64,000 bases of DNA from an uncultured virus (IMG/VR IMGVR_UViG_3300006108_000010) (lineage: Duplodnaviria; Heunggongvirae; Uroviricota; Caudoviricetes): positions 1 to 64,000 of the IMG/VR virus record IMGVR_UViG_3300006108_000010; one strand, given 5' to 3'. The position numbers were made by a program, and so were the translations under genes. Under the pieces are notes generated by a model, which was not told the origin of the DNA, ran no database searches, and worked only from the letters and a program-made list of their open reading frames with translations. The first letter of the stretch is position 1; each line of letters begins with the position of its first letter. Below are positions 50,406 through 60,776 of this stretch, one piece after another.

Positions 50406-50729
50406 TTAGAGTTCTTCGTCGTAATCTTTAGCAGCATCGGCATCAGCCATTGGACTTAAAAAGTCACTGGAATTAGCCTCTTCCTCTGCTTCGCCACCTA
50501 AACCGAACTCTGCTAAGATTGCATCAATAGCATCTTCGGAAGCAGGAAGATTATGTTGTCTGAAAATATCTGCGAGAGCTTCCTTCTTGTCATGATCACC
50601 GGAAACACTATATGAGGTTGGTGCTTCGTCAGGAGTCTCATCGGTTTCGTTTGGAGTCGCTCCAAAATTCTCTCTAAGAAGAATTTTGCTGTAGATTGAT
50701 TCTAAACTTTTTTGGTCTTTATTTGCCAT
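50406..50729 (-). CDS. Acidic protein with shared N-terminal motif
   Basis: MANKDQKSLESIYSKILLRE; TAAATA upstream. Confidence 0.7.
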   Translation of the reverse strand: MANKDQKSLESIYSKILLRENFGATPNETDETPDEAPTSYSVSGDHDKKEALADIFRQHNLPASEDAIDAILAEFGLGGEAEEEANSSDFLSPMADADAAKDYDEEL

Positions 50730-51076
50730 AGTATTTATATTTACTCAACTAAAGTGCCATATTAAAGATATTTTTTTATTTTTCTCTGTAGAAATTTAAA
50801 AAATAATAAATTTTTAGCGTTTTTTTGGGAAACCCCCCCATTTTTTCCCACTTTTTCCCACTTTTTTTGGGTATTTTCTGGTATTTATTCGGGTATTTTT
50901 TAGATAAATATAAGCGTGACCGATAGATTATTTGAATATTTCTTTGAATACAAACATCACAATCACGTTAAAATGTTACGAATTGTGGCTCACCATAGCT
51001 CTATCGCCAAAGAAAAATTAAGGGAAACTTACCCTGATGGTGAATTAATTTTATTGGAATTGCGCCCCTTGGATTA

Positions 51077-52141
51077 TTAACCAATGTATTCATGAGAGAA
51101 ACATTCTCTCCTTGGATCGATCACATAATTGTTGTAGGTGGGAATTCCCTTTGCCCTTCTCTTTTCGTAATCTTTTCTTCTGACTCTATTCTTACTGGTT
51201 GGTTTCCATTTAGAGGAAAGCATCCTATATGAACCCATTCTTGGATGAGCAGTACGAGAGAAATAACGATAACCATTGTCGATAAACATCTGGGCAATGG
51301 CATCGCTAAAACGCACACCGATACCTAAACCTTGATAGTCAGGCATGACAACGGTTCTATGTCCTCTCCATGCATTCTTTATTGATCCGCTTGGCATTGT
51401 GATAGCCGCTCCGAAAACTATAGGTTCATTATTCCATGTACCAAGAAAACATCTTGAAGCATTGTTTAGGTCGCCACTTAGATAGTGATGCTTTTTGAAA
51501 ATTTGCCAGTATTCTTTAGAGCAAGGCTGGATGTCGATTGTAATATTTGGTCTTGGACAAAGTAACCCCCTTGGCTTACAGGACTCGTCAAGAGTATCGT
51601 AAACCCAATCAGGTTGCAACCATTCGATAATGTCTCTGTGACAAGTAGCGAATACCACCCCCTTCATGTCTTGTTGGCGAATATATCTTTGAATGGCAAC
51701 TGATGCACTCTTGGCAACAGTTCGATCCACAACGCTGGTAAACTCATCAAAGCTTGTATTGCTATTAAGCATACGAGCTATCCTTGCCCTAAATTGCTCC
51801 CCATTACTCAATACATGGTAAGGTTTGCACCAAGAAGGTACAGAATTTAATCCTGTGCTTGATAGTCTTTCTATTGCTTGTTCTCCCATTTGGGATACGA
51901 TTGCCTTATTAGGATTCCATTCCAACTCTTCGGTAATTCCAAAATGCTGCTTTAAAAGCTGAGTCTTACCACTACCAGAAGCTCCTACAATTAATCCTAT
52001 ATTCCAAGAGTCATCTCTCTTTGGTGCATCGAACTTCGGTAGAGTAAATTCACTCGTGCCATTAAAAGTATAATCAAATGGTTTGCATGCTTCAAGCAAT
52101 GCATCGTCTATGTCAACACAAACTGATAAGACTTTCTCCAT
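51077..52141 (-). CDS. ABC-type ATPase fused to a GNAT acetyltransferase
   Basis: GASGSGKT, LSNGE signature, FDEF; VMPDYQGLGIG acetyl-CoA motif. Confidence 0.88.
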   Translation of the reverse strand: MEKVLSVCVDIDDALLEACKPFDYTFNGTSEFTLPKFDAPKRDDSWNIGLIVGASGSGKTQLLKQHFGITEELEWNPNKAIVSQMGEQAIERLSSTGLNSVPSWCKPYHVLSNGEQFRARIARMLNSNTSFDEFTSVVDRTVAKSASVAIQRYIRQQDMKGVVFATCHRDIIEWLQPDWVYDTLDESCKPRGLLCPRPNITIDIQPCSKEYWQIFKKHHYLSGDLNNASRCFLGTWNNEPIVFGAAITMPSGSIKNAWRGHRTVVMPDYQGLGIGVRFSDAIAQMFIDNGYRYFSRTAHPRMGSYRMLSSKWKPTSKNRVRRKDYEKRRAKGIPTYNNYVIDPRRECFSHEYIG

Positions 52142-52171
52142 TAATACATTATACAGATATTATAAGTCTTG

Positions 52172-52447
52172 TCAATCCTTTTTATATTTGTAACAGAAAT
52201 AAAGCATAACCATCATGTTAATGATTCCACTACAATAGTTTATGAAAACCCACATGCTAAAATAAGTTCCCAATAAATATACCATTCCAAATACATAACC
52301 AAGTAAGGTCATGTAAACCATTATCAGAGAAACATCTTGTGCTCTTTTTGTTTTATAAGTTTTATAAATTTGCGGTAGATAACATAGAAACCAAATGCTT
52401 GTCATTAGGAATCCACATGTTTCTATTATTAATCTATTAAGTGGCAC
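52172..52447 (-). CDS. PQ-loop (SemiSWEET-like) membrane protein
   Basis: YLPQIYKTYKTKRAQDVS, 3 TMs. Confidence 0.8.
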   Translation of the reverse strand: MPLNRLIIETCGFLMTSIWFLCYLPQIYKTYKTKRAQDVSLIMVYMTLLGYVFGMVYLLGTYFSMWVFINYCSGIINMMVMLYFCYKYKKD

Positions 52448-52455
52448 ATAGATAT

Positions 52456-54835
52456 TTAGTTTTCTTTTTTATAAATTTCGAATTTCAGTAGTGCGATTTG
52501 TGCTTCCTTATAAGCAATTGAATCATTCGCAAATGGATTCTCTGTTTGATACAAGTCGAGATTTTTATAAAGTTCTTCAGCACGATTAAGTAATCGAAAG
52601 TATTTTAATGCAGTTTTATCCATACTATCGGTTAATTCTTTAACAAGATCTTTCCAATAATCTCTTTCTTCTTCTACGGTCATATCAATTATAATACAAG
52701 TTATGTTTACGAGCGGCAAGAAAAAACCCTTCGTCTTCCAAATATCTTTGAAGAATTAACATCTCCGATTCTATTTCTTCTATATTTTTTTCCTCTTCTT
52801 CTTTACAAATTGCACAGACTTTAAACTTATCGTAGGTTATATTTTCTATAACTATATCGTATTCAATACCTTTGAAAGTCATGTCGAAATGGAAAGGACC
52901 TTTCGGATTGGTTACGAGCTTCTTTTTCCTTCCTTGTTTCTTCTTCCACTTCTTTTCCTCAAAGTCATCATCGATGTACTCGTCCATACTAATACTTTAG
53001 TATGGCTTTATTATAAAGCAATTACTTTTTAGCCTTAACTATATCTATTTTATAGATATTTCCATCATGATATTTTGTAGTGAATGTAACCTTTGCACTT
53101 ACTATTAGATGAGTTTCTGATATTTTATCGGTTGCTTTTTTTAAAGCAGCTTGCGCCTCTTCATCATTTTTATAAAACGCAGCCCATGTTTCATGGTTGT
53201 GGTCTGGCTTCGGTGCATGGTTGTGGTCTGGTGGAAGCATCATAGTCATACTAATATTTATGGATCTTTGTTATCGCTTTTATAGGCAAAAATTAAATAA
53301 ATTATTACCGATAATGGAACCATCCATCTTATAGTTTCAATTAATACTTGTTCACTATTCATCAGGAAATAATACATCCTTAATAAATTGGCAGAAGGAT
53401 ATGAACATTAGCTTCATATAAAGAAACTCGATATAAAGATATAGATACACTATCTCAGGAAGATGAATAGCATAGTAAAAAGTAAGCCAAAAATAAAACT
53501 GGATATCTCTCCAGATTCTAATTGTCTTAAACAGAAGTCTGTTGACTTTCATTTCTAAACATATTTTGTATTATCCCACATGGTAAGAGATGGATCGTTA
53601 TTACCCATCTTGTATTTTGCAATCAATGATTCACTTATCTTTCCCGTAATTGGATCTTCGTAAGATTGCATAAAGTCTTCGATCTTTTCAATTATCATCT
53701 TCTTGATTTTATCATTAGTGGTATGATCCCAAGGTTTACCTTTATGCCCAAAAAATATTGTATTGTATTTGCCTTCGTTCTTTTCCCTCAAGAACTGATG
53801 TTGCTTAACGTGAATAGTCAACCATCTATTTCTAATATCTGGATTGTTTGGGAAATCATCCTCGTCAATATAGAACTCCCAATACAAAATGAGAGCAGTA
53901 ATATCTTTAACAGAGGGAAACTTATATGCTATTGATCTTTGTTGTAGTTTCATACAATCACAACCCCTTCCCAATCAGTATTGACAAATCTCTTGACGGT
54001 CTTCTGTTTCACTTTAGTCTCGACAATCTTATACGGATTGTCGGTAGTATAGTGCCAAGAATATTCCTTAACATGATCCATAGCTTCTTTATAGGTTTTA
54101 TATGGTGAGCACATTGAATCATACCATGCTGCTCCTGTCCATCTTTTAACTGTGTACATGAGAATATGTTCTCAGATTATTGTTGAAGTGTCAATCAAGA
54201 ATTGGCTTGGTGACAAACTTTTTAAACTTGGGGCGACGATCATCAGGATTTCTATTGACATCCTTGATGGGACACGCACAGTGCTTTTGCAGAACGCACT
54301 CTTTGCATCCGTAATCCAAATAGATATCTGGTCGATGGCAAGCGAATGAGGTATGCAACTTGCATCCTTCTTTATCCTTAGAAAGCATAACTGGCTCTCT
54401 CACACGATTGAAATCAATCTTGGGAATAGTCTTACGAATCTCATTGTACCTCTCCTCTTTCTCTTCCGGTGTTTCGATATGAATCACCCTAGGTGCTTTC
54501 TCCTTTTCAACCTTGGGAACCAAGACTTCTTTACAATCCTTGCACAAGGATTCGGTTAGAATTCTTTTAGCATCGTTATCGAATGCCTTCATCGCATGCT
54601 TCATGGCGATACCCTTGAGGCTTACGAATGCATTGGTGCAGTGAGAGCAATAGATTCTCGTATGAGGAAACTTCTTGTGCTCTTTATAATAATCCATCCA
54701 CTTGGAAAGATTATTAAGTTGGTTTGCTGGAAACTTCACAAGCTTTTCTTTCTTGGCTTTCTGAAGCTTGGTCTCCTTCTTCGGCTTACGAGGCTTCTGA
54801 GCTTTGACCTTTTTGACTTTCTTTTTCCTTGGCAT
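52456..54835 (-). CDS. Run of hypothetical proteins (52456.., 52685..52987, 53022..53249, 53555..53974, 53950..54159, Cys-rich 54191..54835)
   Basis: ORF track. Confidence 0.55.
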
Positions 54836-55021
54836 TATTTTGATAGGGCTTTTGCGATCCTCTCGTAATGATTTCTGGATTTTTCCAGATCGGCAATACG
54901 ATCCAAAAGGATTGCAATATATTCTTTTAACTCATCGACACTCATTGTGTCAATATCTTTTTCTTGGCTCATGGTATTTTTTTAATATATACCAAAATCA
55001 AAAATAATGCAAGCTTATTTT

Positions 55022-56188
55022 TTAGGCGGATCTTTTTTGATGGAGTGCTTCTGGAACTTCGCCCTCTTTAGAAGTTTCCTTTTTCAAGCCATATGGAGCA
55101 ACAGTAAGTTTATCTAAATCGATAGTAAAGTTACCGAATGTTTGTTCTCCGGTTTTCTCATCATAGTATTTTGCCTTGATGACATCAAAAATGATTTGAT
55201 CTCCGATATTTTTTGAGAATTCGTCTATTCTAATACCACTTACAATTTGCCCATCCTGAAGTTTGAATCTCTTTCTGGCTAATTGTTCTTTGGAAACTGG
55301 CTTACCATACTGAGGTACACCACCTTCCCAAAGCGTAGGAGGCTGTCTTAATCCCTTTCTTACGTCTGGGAGTGGGTCGGGCCATACATTTGCAACTTCG
55401 GTTTGCTTGATAAAAGGAAGATTACCTTTAATATAATTTCCTTCTTTGTCCTTGCCTTTCTTGGTGTAGATGATCCAGTTGGTTGCACCAGTTTTTGGAT
55501 TGAATGATGATGCAAGATCTAATGCAAAGTAATGCTGACCTGGTGCGGATTGCATTCTCGTGTAAGATCCTTGTTTAATAAGCTCTTCAAAGTTTTCAAA
55601 ATCCTGTCTAACCAAGGTATCAAGATTCGCTTCGATTTGATTCCATCTTCTTGGATCGAAAGCAATCTTTTTCTTTTCAGCATCTTTGGCAAAAAGAGGA
55701 ACCTTGGCTTTAATCTTATCACGGACTTGATTGATTACATCACTAACTGGCTTGTAGTCATCATAGTTTAATGGAATATCAGTCTTCTCGTTTTTAAGAT
55801 TTGCTAATTTTGAGAGAATGGTAACTAATGATCTTGAGATATTAAAGACTTCCTGTTCATCGTTTGTCTTATCAAGTTGATTGTTTAAAACAATAATTTG
55901 ACTTCTAAATTGATCTAATCTTTTGTTTTCGTACTCGCCTGATTGGGTTGCATGCTTTTTGCTGACAGCGGCAGATCTATTTTCCGTTGATCCTAATCCA
56001 CCAACCTGATACTTCTTAGCACCAGATGGAAGTAAATCAGATACAGGAAGCGGATGATCAAATCTTTCTTTGTCTACTGTTTCGTTTTTATATTTAATAC
56101 CAAGTTTAAGTTTCTCTTCGGGAGTGAGTTCTCTTACTCTAGTATCTGCCTCTGTAAAAAGAGAAGAAACAATTTTATCAAAATTCAT
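55022..56188 (-). CDS. Hypothetical late protein (MNFDKIVSSLFTEA)
   Basis: TAAATA upstream; N-terminus resembles the MKFD..V...L.E class. Confidence 0.65.
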   Translation of the reverse strand: MNFDKIVSSLFTEADTRVRELTPEEKLKLGIKYKNETVDKERFDHPLPVSDLLPSGAKKYQVGGLGSTENRSAAVSKKHATQSGEYENKRLDQFRSQIIVLNNQLDKTNDEQEVFNISRSLVTILSKLANLKNEKTDIPLNYDDYKPVSDVINQVRDKIKAKVPLFAKDAEKKKIAFDPRRWNQIEANLDTLVRQDFENFEELIKQGSYTRMQSAPGQHYFALDLASSFNPKTGATNWIIYTKKGKDKEGNYIKGNLPFIKQTEVANVWPDPLPDVRKGLRQPPTLWEGGVPQYGKPVSKEQLARKRFKLQDGQIVSGIRIDEFSKNIGDQIIFDVIKAKYYDEKTGEQTFGNFTIDLDKLTVAPYGLKKETSKEGEVPEALHQKRSA

Positions 56189-56237
56189 GCTTATCATATA
56201 TTCTATATTTACTCTTAAAAAGAGTATTTTATTAGAA

Positions 56238-56450
56238 TTATACTTTAATCATTTGCTGCACGGTAAACTGAACAGATGCATGAGCAGCCGTTTCGACGTT
56301 TACCTTGTGAGCAATCGTAATCCAACCTCTTTGATTATAGAGGTCGATTTGCTTCTGAATCCCTTCATGAAGAATTTTCTTTCTTTGACCAAAAGAAAGA
56401 TTTGGTTTAGTGAATGGGATCTTTACGATTTCGTTTATTATTCTTGCCAT
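56238..56450 (-). CDS. Hypothetical protein
   Basis: 70-aa ORF. Confidence 0.5.
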   Translation of the reverse strand: MARIINEIVKIPFTKPNLSFGQRKKILHEGIQKQIDLYNQRGWITIAHKVNVETAAHASVQFTVQQMIKV

Positions 56451-56480
56451 GTTAATATATTATCAGATTGCTTGATTATG

Positions 56481-57815
56481 TCAAGCTTTTATTTTTTTTC
56501 TCTGTATTTTTGGTTTACCTGTTGTCGGCTTAGCCGTTGCCATTCTTTTACTTGCGCCAGTTTTTAATTTCGGTGTTGCCGTTGGCGTTGGTGTAGTGTC
56601 AATGGGAATATTATTTTCTTGTTTCCATGCATTATTAATTGCGATTGGATTTACTGCTGGTTTATTATTTTCATCAACCCATTGTTTATTTTTGAAAGTA
56701 TAGACTCTACCATTTTTTAATGTAACTTTATCATTATCAATGGGTTCCGTTTTTTTCTTAACTTGTTGTAAGGTTGATAATCCGTGCATTTTTCTCCACG
56801 TATTAAGAAAAGTTCCTTGATTAATGGCTGGTTTTTTATTTTGATCAACCCATTTTGCACCATTGAAAGTATAAACTGAACCCTTTTGAGTTTTAATCTT
56901 ATCTCCCTTTTGTGGTTTACCAGTTTGTAATTTTGGGGATTTCTCTATAGGATAAGCCCATTTAATGCTTGTTGGATTGTTAATGTCAAACAACGCCGTA
57001 TCACGCGTGTCGGTGTAATTTTTGTCATTTTCTCCATTTAAAAGCGTTTTATTTAAAATATGAACATCTCCCGTTGTCGATGTTACCAATGCGCTTACTT
57101 TATTAGGCTTCTCTTCTTCGGTTTTAAGTTGCGCAAAACCAAATGTACCTGTATTATTTAATCTAACAACGTATTTCTCGTTTTTATCTAATACATTTAT
57201 TATGGTTCCCTTAATATTTGGATTGACTGTTTTGTTTATAACAGCAACAACTGGTTTACCATTTATCGGAATGATTATTTCCTTTGTCTTCTTATCTTCG
57301 TCTCCAATTATTTTAGGCTGTTTTATTTCTTTTTTAAGAAAGGCATCGACAACATCTCCGGTAGCACCTGCTAAGTTGCCAAGAGGATTTTTTGATGTTG
57401 CGGTTGATTTAAAAGCATTTACTCCGGTTTTAACAACATTTGCAACATTTTTTGCGCCTTGATACGCATTTCTAACATCTTGCAAATTAATTTCATTAAT
57501 AACAGATTCCTCTAATTCTCTGTTAAATCTCATCTGTTTACTATTTTCGTAATCACTAATAGTAATTTTAATTGTATCTAATAATTTTCTAAGACTACTA
57601 TTATCTTCTTCGTCTTCTGCATCAGGAGCAGATTCTTGTCCTGCCTTTTCTGGTACTTCTATCTCTGCTTGGGTTAATGGTTCTGTTCCCATTATAGCAG
57701 TTGATGTAGCGGCAGCATTAGAACCATAATAAGGAAATGGTCTACCTGCTTCGTCTTCTTTAATTAGCTTAATACTTTCATACAGAGCTTCTAAACTTTT
57801 AGAATCTTTATCCAT
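56481..57815 (-). CDS. Late protein with shared N-terminal motif and duplicated C-terminal module
   Basis: MDKDSKSLEALYESIKLIKE; two G.VYTF...WVD.N.KPA repeats. Confidence 0.7.
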   Translation of the reverse strand: MDKDSKSLEALYESIKLIKEDEAGRPFPYYGSNAAATSTAIMGTEPLTQAEIEVPEKAGQESAPDAEDEEDNSSLRKLLDTIKITISDYENSKQMRFNRELEESVINEINLQDVRNAYQGAKNVANVVKTGVNAFKSTATSKNPLGNLAGATGDVVDAFLKKEIKQPKIIGDEDKKTKEIIIPINGKPVVAVINKTVNPNIKGTIINVLDKNEKYVVRLNNTGTFGFAQLKTEEEKPNKVSALVTSTTGDVHILNKTLLNGENDKNYTDTRDTALFDINNPTSIKWAYPIEKSPKLQTGKPQKGDKIKTQKGSVYTFNGAKWVDQNKKPAINQGTFLNTWRKMHGLSTLQQVKKKTEPIDNDKVTLKNGRVYTFKNKQWVDENNKPAVNPIAINNAWKQENNIPIDTTPTPTATPKLKTGASKRMATAKPTTGKPKIQRKKIKA

Positions 57816-57827
57816 CTTTCATTATAC

Positions 57828-58577
57828 TTACCAATGAAACGGGCATTTTGATTTCTTAACCTCACCCTCCTCAAAGGTTTTTTGAGACCTGAAATTCTTA
57901 AGATATCTACCAAAGAATTCGGTATGAGCTTTCGTCCAAATTTTACTCAATACATTTCCCTCGTCCCATGAAAACTCTGATACAAACTTTTCTCTCTTAA
58001 ATGGAATGATTTGAACAAGAGGAGTTCCTTTTGGGATAAGACCACTAAAATCCTTTTTGAGAAAGAATGGCAGATTAATTGGAATTGGAAACTTATCCGT
58101 ATCAACCAATGCTGTCATGGTTTTAAATGGAAAGTCATCGTGGTGCAAAGGATGAGTGAAAAGACAAGACCAATTCTTGGGAGTCTTTACAGTCCAATAG
58201 TTTGTCCATTTGAAAACTTGAGTATAATGATTATCTGGAACTGGATACAACTCATGATATTCTTTTGATTGTAGCCCAACCAATTTGAGTTCATCCCATG
58301 CCCATTGAAACTTTATCTTATTCTCTCCTTCGTTAAACACCCATACATCACAAGGTAATGTAATAGTGTAACCTGCATTCATTGAATCTGTTACTGGCAT
58401 GCACATTTTGATTGTGCTGTTAGGATCATTATATCTATCCACACTCTTTTTATCGTTTGAATACGTTAGAGTATTCTTATACCAAGTTGGAACAATCTTA
58501 GATGAAGGAACTGGTCTTGGGGCAATGTCAAGAAAATTTTTATCCGTTGCTATAAATTTAATGGGTATTTTTCTCAT
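57828..58577 (-). CDS. Conserved phage protein (CMPVTDSMNAGY...TPKNWSCLFTHP...GTPLVQIIPFKRE)
   Basis: Motifs typical of an uncharacterised dUTPase-like beta family; start re-placed. Confidence 0.65.
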   Translation of the reverse strand: MRKIPIKFIATDKNFLDIAPRPVPSSKIVPTWYKNTLTYSNDKKSVDRYNDPNSTIKMCMPVTDSMNAGYTITLPCDVWVFNEGENKIKFQWAWDELKLVGLQSKEYHELYPVPDNHYTQVFKWTNYWTVKTPKNWSCLFTHPLHHDDFPFKTMTALVDTDKFPIPINLPFFLKKDFSGLIPKGTPLVQIIPFKREKFVSEFSWDEGNVLSKIWTKAHTEFFGRYLKNFRSQKTFEEGEVKKSKCPFHW

Positions 58578-58621
58578 ACTTTTATTATTGTAGCAGAAAA
58601 CCAAGAAATGTCTATAAATAT

Positions 58622-58918
58622 TTGAAGATGAGTTCAACTATAGATATATATGATTCTTACAGAGCAGGAACAACAACTTATGTAGGAAGTTTTCCTTTTT
58701 ATAATAATTATGCTGCTATAGCATGTTCTGTTTCTGCTGCAAATATTATAACCAACGCATTAACTGTTACATATGATCTAGATGAAACATTCTTACTTCC
58801 CCATATTATCATGGAACCTGGCGATCAGGATGTTGACCCATATACCGAAATACCACTCATAGTTGATATTAGTGTTTCCGGTGTATCAGGATTAATAACT
58901 TCCTATTTATTATTATAA
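58622..58918 (+). CDS. Putative structural protein
   Basis: Perfect TATAAATA at 58613-58620 upstream. Confidence 0.55.
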   Translation: MKMSSTIDIYDSYRAGTTTYVGSFPFYNNYAAIACSVSAANIITNALTVTYDLDETFLLPHIIMEPGDQDVDPYTEIPLIVDISVSGVSGLITSYLLL

Positions 58919-58936
58919 AAGTAAGTATATATTACT

Positions 58937-59716
58937 ATGGCACTTTCAGGAATAAGAATAACAGATTTACCAGAAGATACGAGTTTAATACAAACTGGTG
59001 ATACTTTTATAAAAGTTAAAAATGTAGGAAACATACCGACATCATTTAAAGTTGATGGTAGTGTATTTCAAAATTCATTCCAAGGTATTACAGGTGTTAA
59101 TAGTCTAGGTGGTGGATATCCTTTTTATAGTGGTGTAACTCCTGATAATAGTGGTCTTAATTTTAATACTCTTAAGGGGTCTAATGGTATTGATATTAAT
59201 AAAAATTCACACGTTTTAACATTACAGGTTTCGGGAACCAATTTCGTTACTTCGTCAATGATACAACCAAATACTATTACGTCTTCTCAAATAGCGAATA
59301 ATAGTATTACAAATAACAGTATTGCCACAAATACTATTCAGTATTCCAATTTATTAAATAGTTCATCTTATCAAGGTGCACAGCAAAGACTTTCAAAGAT
59401 ATGGGTAAATTTCGATGGAACCAAAGCTGTTAATTACGATTCTACTAATAGTAATTCTCTATCGGGTGTCCGCTCATCTCATGGTGTTTTAGGGGTAGTA
59501 AGATTAAACAAACCAGGCGTGTATCAAATTAATTTCAATTTCACAATGAATGATGCTTATTATGCAGTTATTGGTAATGCTAATGATCCTTCGGGTATAG
59601 CAACAGTAACAGTTAATGCACAACAACCAACATATTGCCAGATACAAGTTGATAGAACTTCGCCTCTTGAAACTTATGACGTATCAAACGTATCGGTTAT
59701 AATTTTTGGGAATTAA
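58937..59716 (+). CDS. Tail fiber/baseplate-associated protein
   Basis: ITDLP N-terminus, WVNFDG, GVYQINF...DAYYAV C-terminal module. Confidence 0.7.
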   Translation: MALSGIRITDLPEDTSLIQTGDTFIKVKNVGNIPTSFKVDGSVFQNSFQGITGVNSLGGGYPFYSGVTPDNSGLNFNTLKGSNGIDINKNSHVLTLQVSGTNFVTSSMIQPNTITSSQIANNSITNNSIATNTIQYSNLLNSSSYQGAQQRLSKIWVNFDGTKAVNYDSTNSNSLSGVRSSHGVLGVVRLNKPGVYQINFNFTMNDAYYAVIGNANDPSGIATVTVNAQQPTYCQIQVDRTSPLETYDVSNVSVIIFGN

Positions 59717-59719
59717 TTT

Positions 59720-60751
59720 ATGGCTAATTTACCGATAACAAGCTTACAATCGGATACCACACCTTTATCATCTACTGATTATTTTTTAAAAATTAAAAAC
59801 GGTCTAGCGTGGAAAGTAAGCGGAAAAACTATTGTACAATCGGGATTAGGAAAAAAAACCAAAGTTAATAGTCTTGGTAACGGTATTAGTATTGTTCAAA
59901 GTATTGGTAATGTTTTTCAAGACACTGTATTATTTAATACCATTAGCGCATCAAATGGTATTTCAATTACTAATAATTCAAATTTAATAAATGTATCATT
60001 TTCAAATGCTCCATTTTTAAATGGTAATATGTTTGTTGCAAACTCTTTATCAGATTTGCAAGTCGTTGATAATACTATTACTGGTTCTGATATCACAACT
60101 AATACTCTTGAGTATGATAGCTTAAATAGCAACATTCAAATAGTAACCGCAAAGGCATGGGTTAATTTTAATGGCGCAGCGGTTGCATCAACCGTAACTG
60201 GTGAAATTAAAGATAATATATCCGTAAACAATGGATCAAATGTTGGAACTTGGGCAACGGTTGCTGAATGGGATCAAACTGTATTAAATTGTATATATTT
60301 TATATCTTCTGCTACATTGGGGTGGAAAAATCGTCCAGTAAGAATTGTTAGTTTTAATAACAAAAATACTGCGGTATTTAATATTTTAAATGGAAATTAT
60401 CAAAGTGGGTTTACTAATATTAATTCAACTATAAGCACAGCCGCTAAAGGTAATACTTTTTCGTATTATAGTGATGGTATAAGATCGTGTTATAATGTGG
60501 AATCTATTTTAAGAAATCCGCCAAATAAAACCTATTACAATTATCCTGAAGGATTTTATACAATTTATTTTGCAAATGCTATGGCTGATTCCAATTACGC
60601 TGTCGCTGGTAATGGAAATGATCCTAGTGGTATAGGAACTTTTATGGTTAATTCTCAAACTACTAAATCTTGTAACGTAGAAGCTGCCAGAACCAAACCA
60701 CTTGAGTCGTATGATTTATCAAACATATCAATGGTTGTTTTTGGAAATTAA
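59720..60751 (+). CDS. Tail fiber-like protein, paralog of 58937..59716
   Basis: AKAWVNFNG; shared GN.NDPSGI and PLE.YD.SN.S...FGN tail. Confidence 0.7.
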   Translation: MANLPITSLQSDTTPLSSTDYFLKIKNGLAWKVSGKTIVQSGLGKKTKVNSLGNGISIVQSIGNVFQDTVLFNTISASNGISITNNSNLINVSFSNAPFLNGNMFVANSLSDLQVVDNTITGSDITTNTLEYDSLNSNIQIVTAKAWVNFNGAAVASTVTGEIKDNISVNNGSNVGTWATVAEWDQTVLNCIYFISSATLGWKNRPVRIVSFNNKNTAVFNILNGNYQSGFTNINSTISTAAKGNTFSYYSDGIRSCYNVESILRNPPNKTYYNYPEGFYTIYFANAMADSNYAVAGNGNDPSGIGTFMVNSQTTKSCNVEAARTKPLESYDLSNISMVVFGN

Positions 60752-60776
60752 CTTGTTTTAGTAAGTATTAAGACAT

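Noticed and set aside
58937..60751. Diversity-generating retroelement TR/VR pair in tail-fiber paralogs
   Set aside because: C-termini are similar at protein level, but differences are not adenine-specific and no reverse transcriptase is present.
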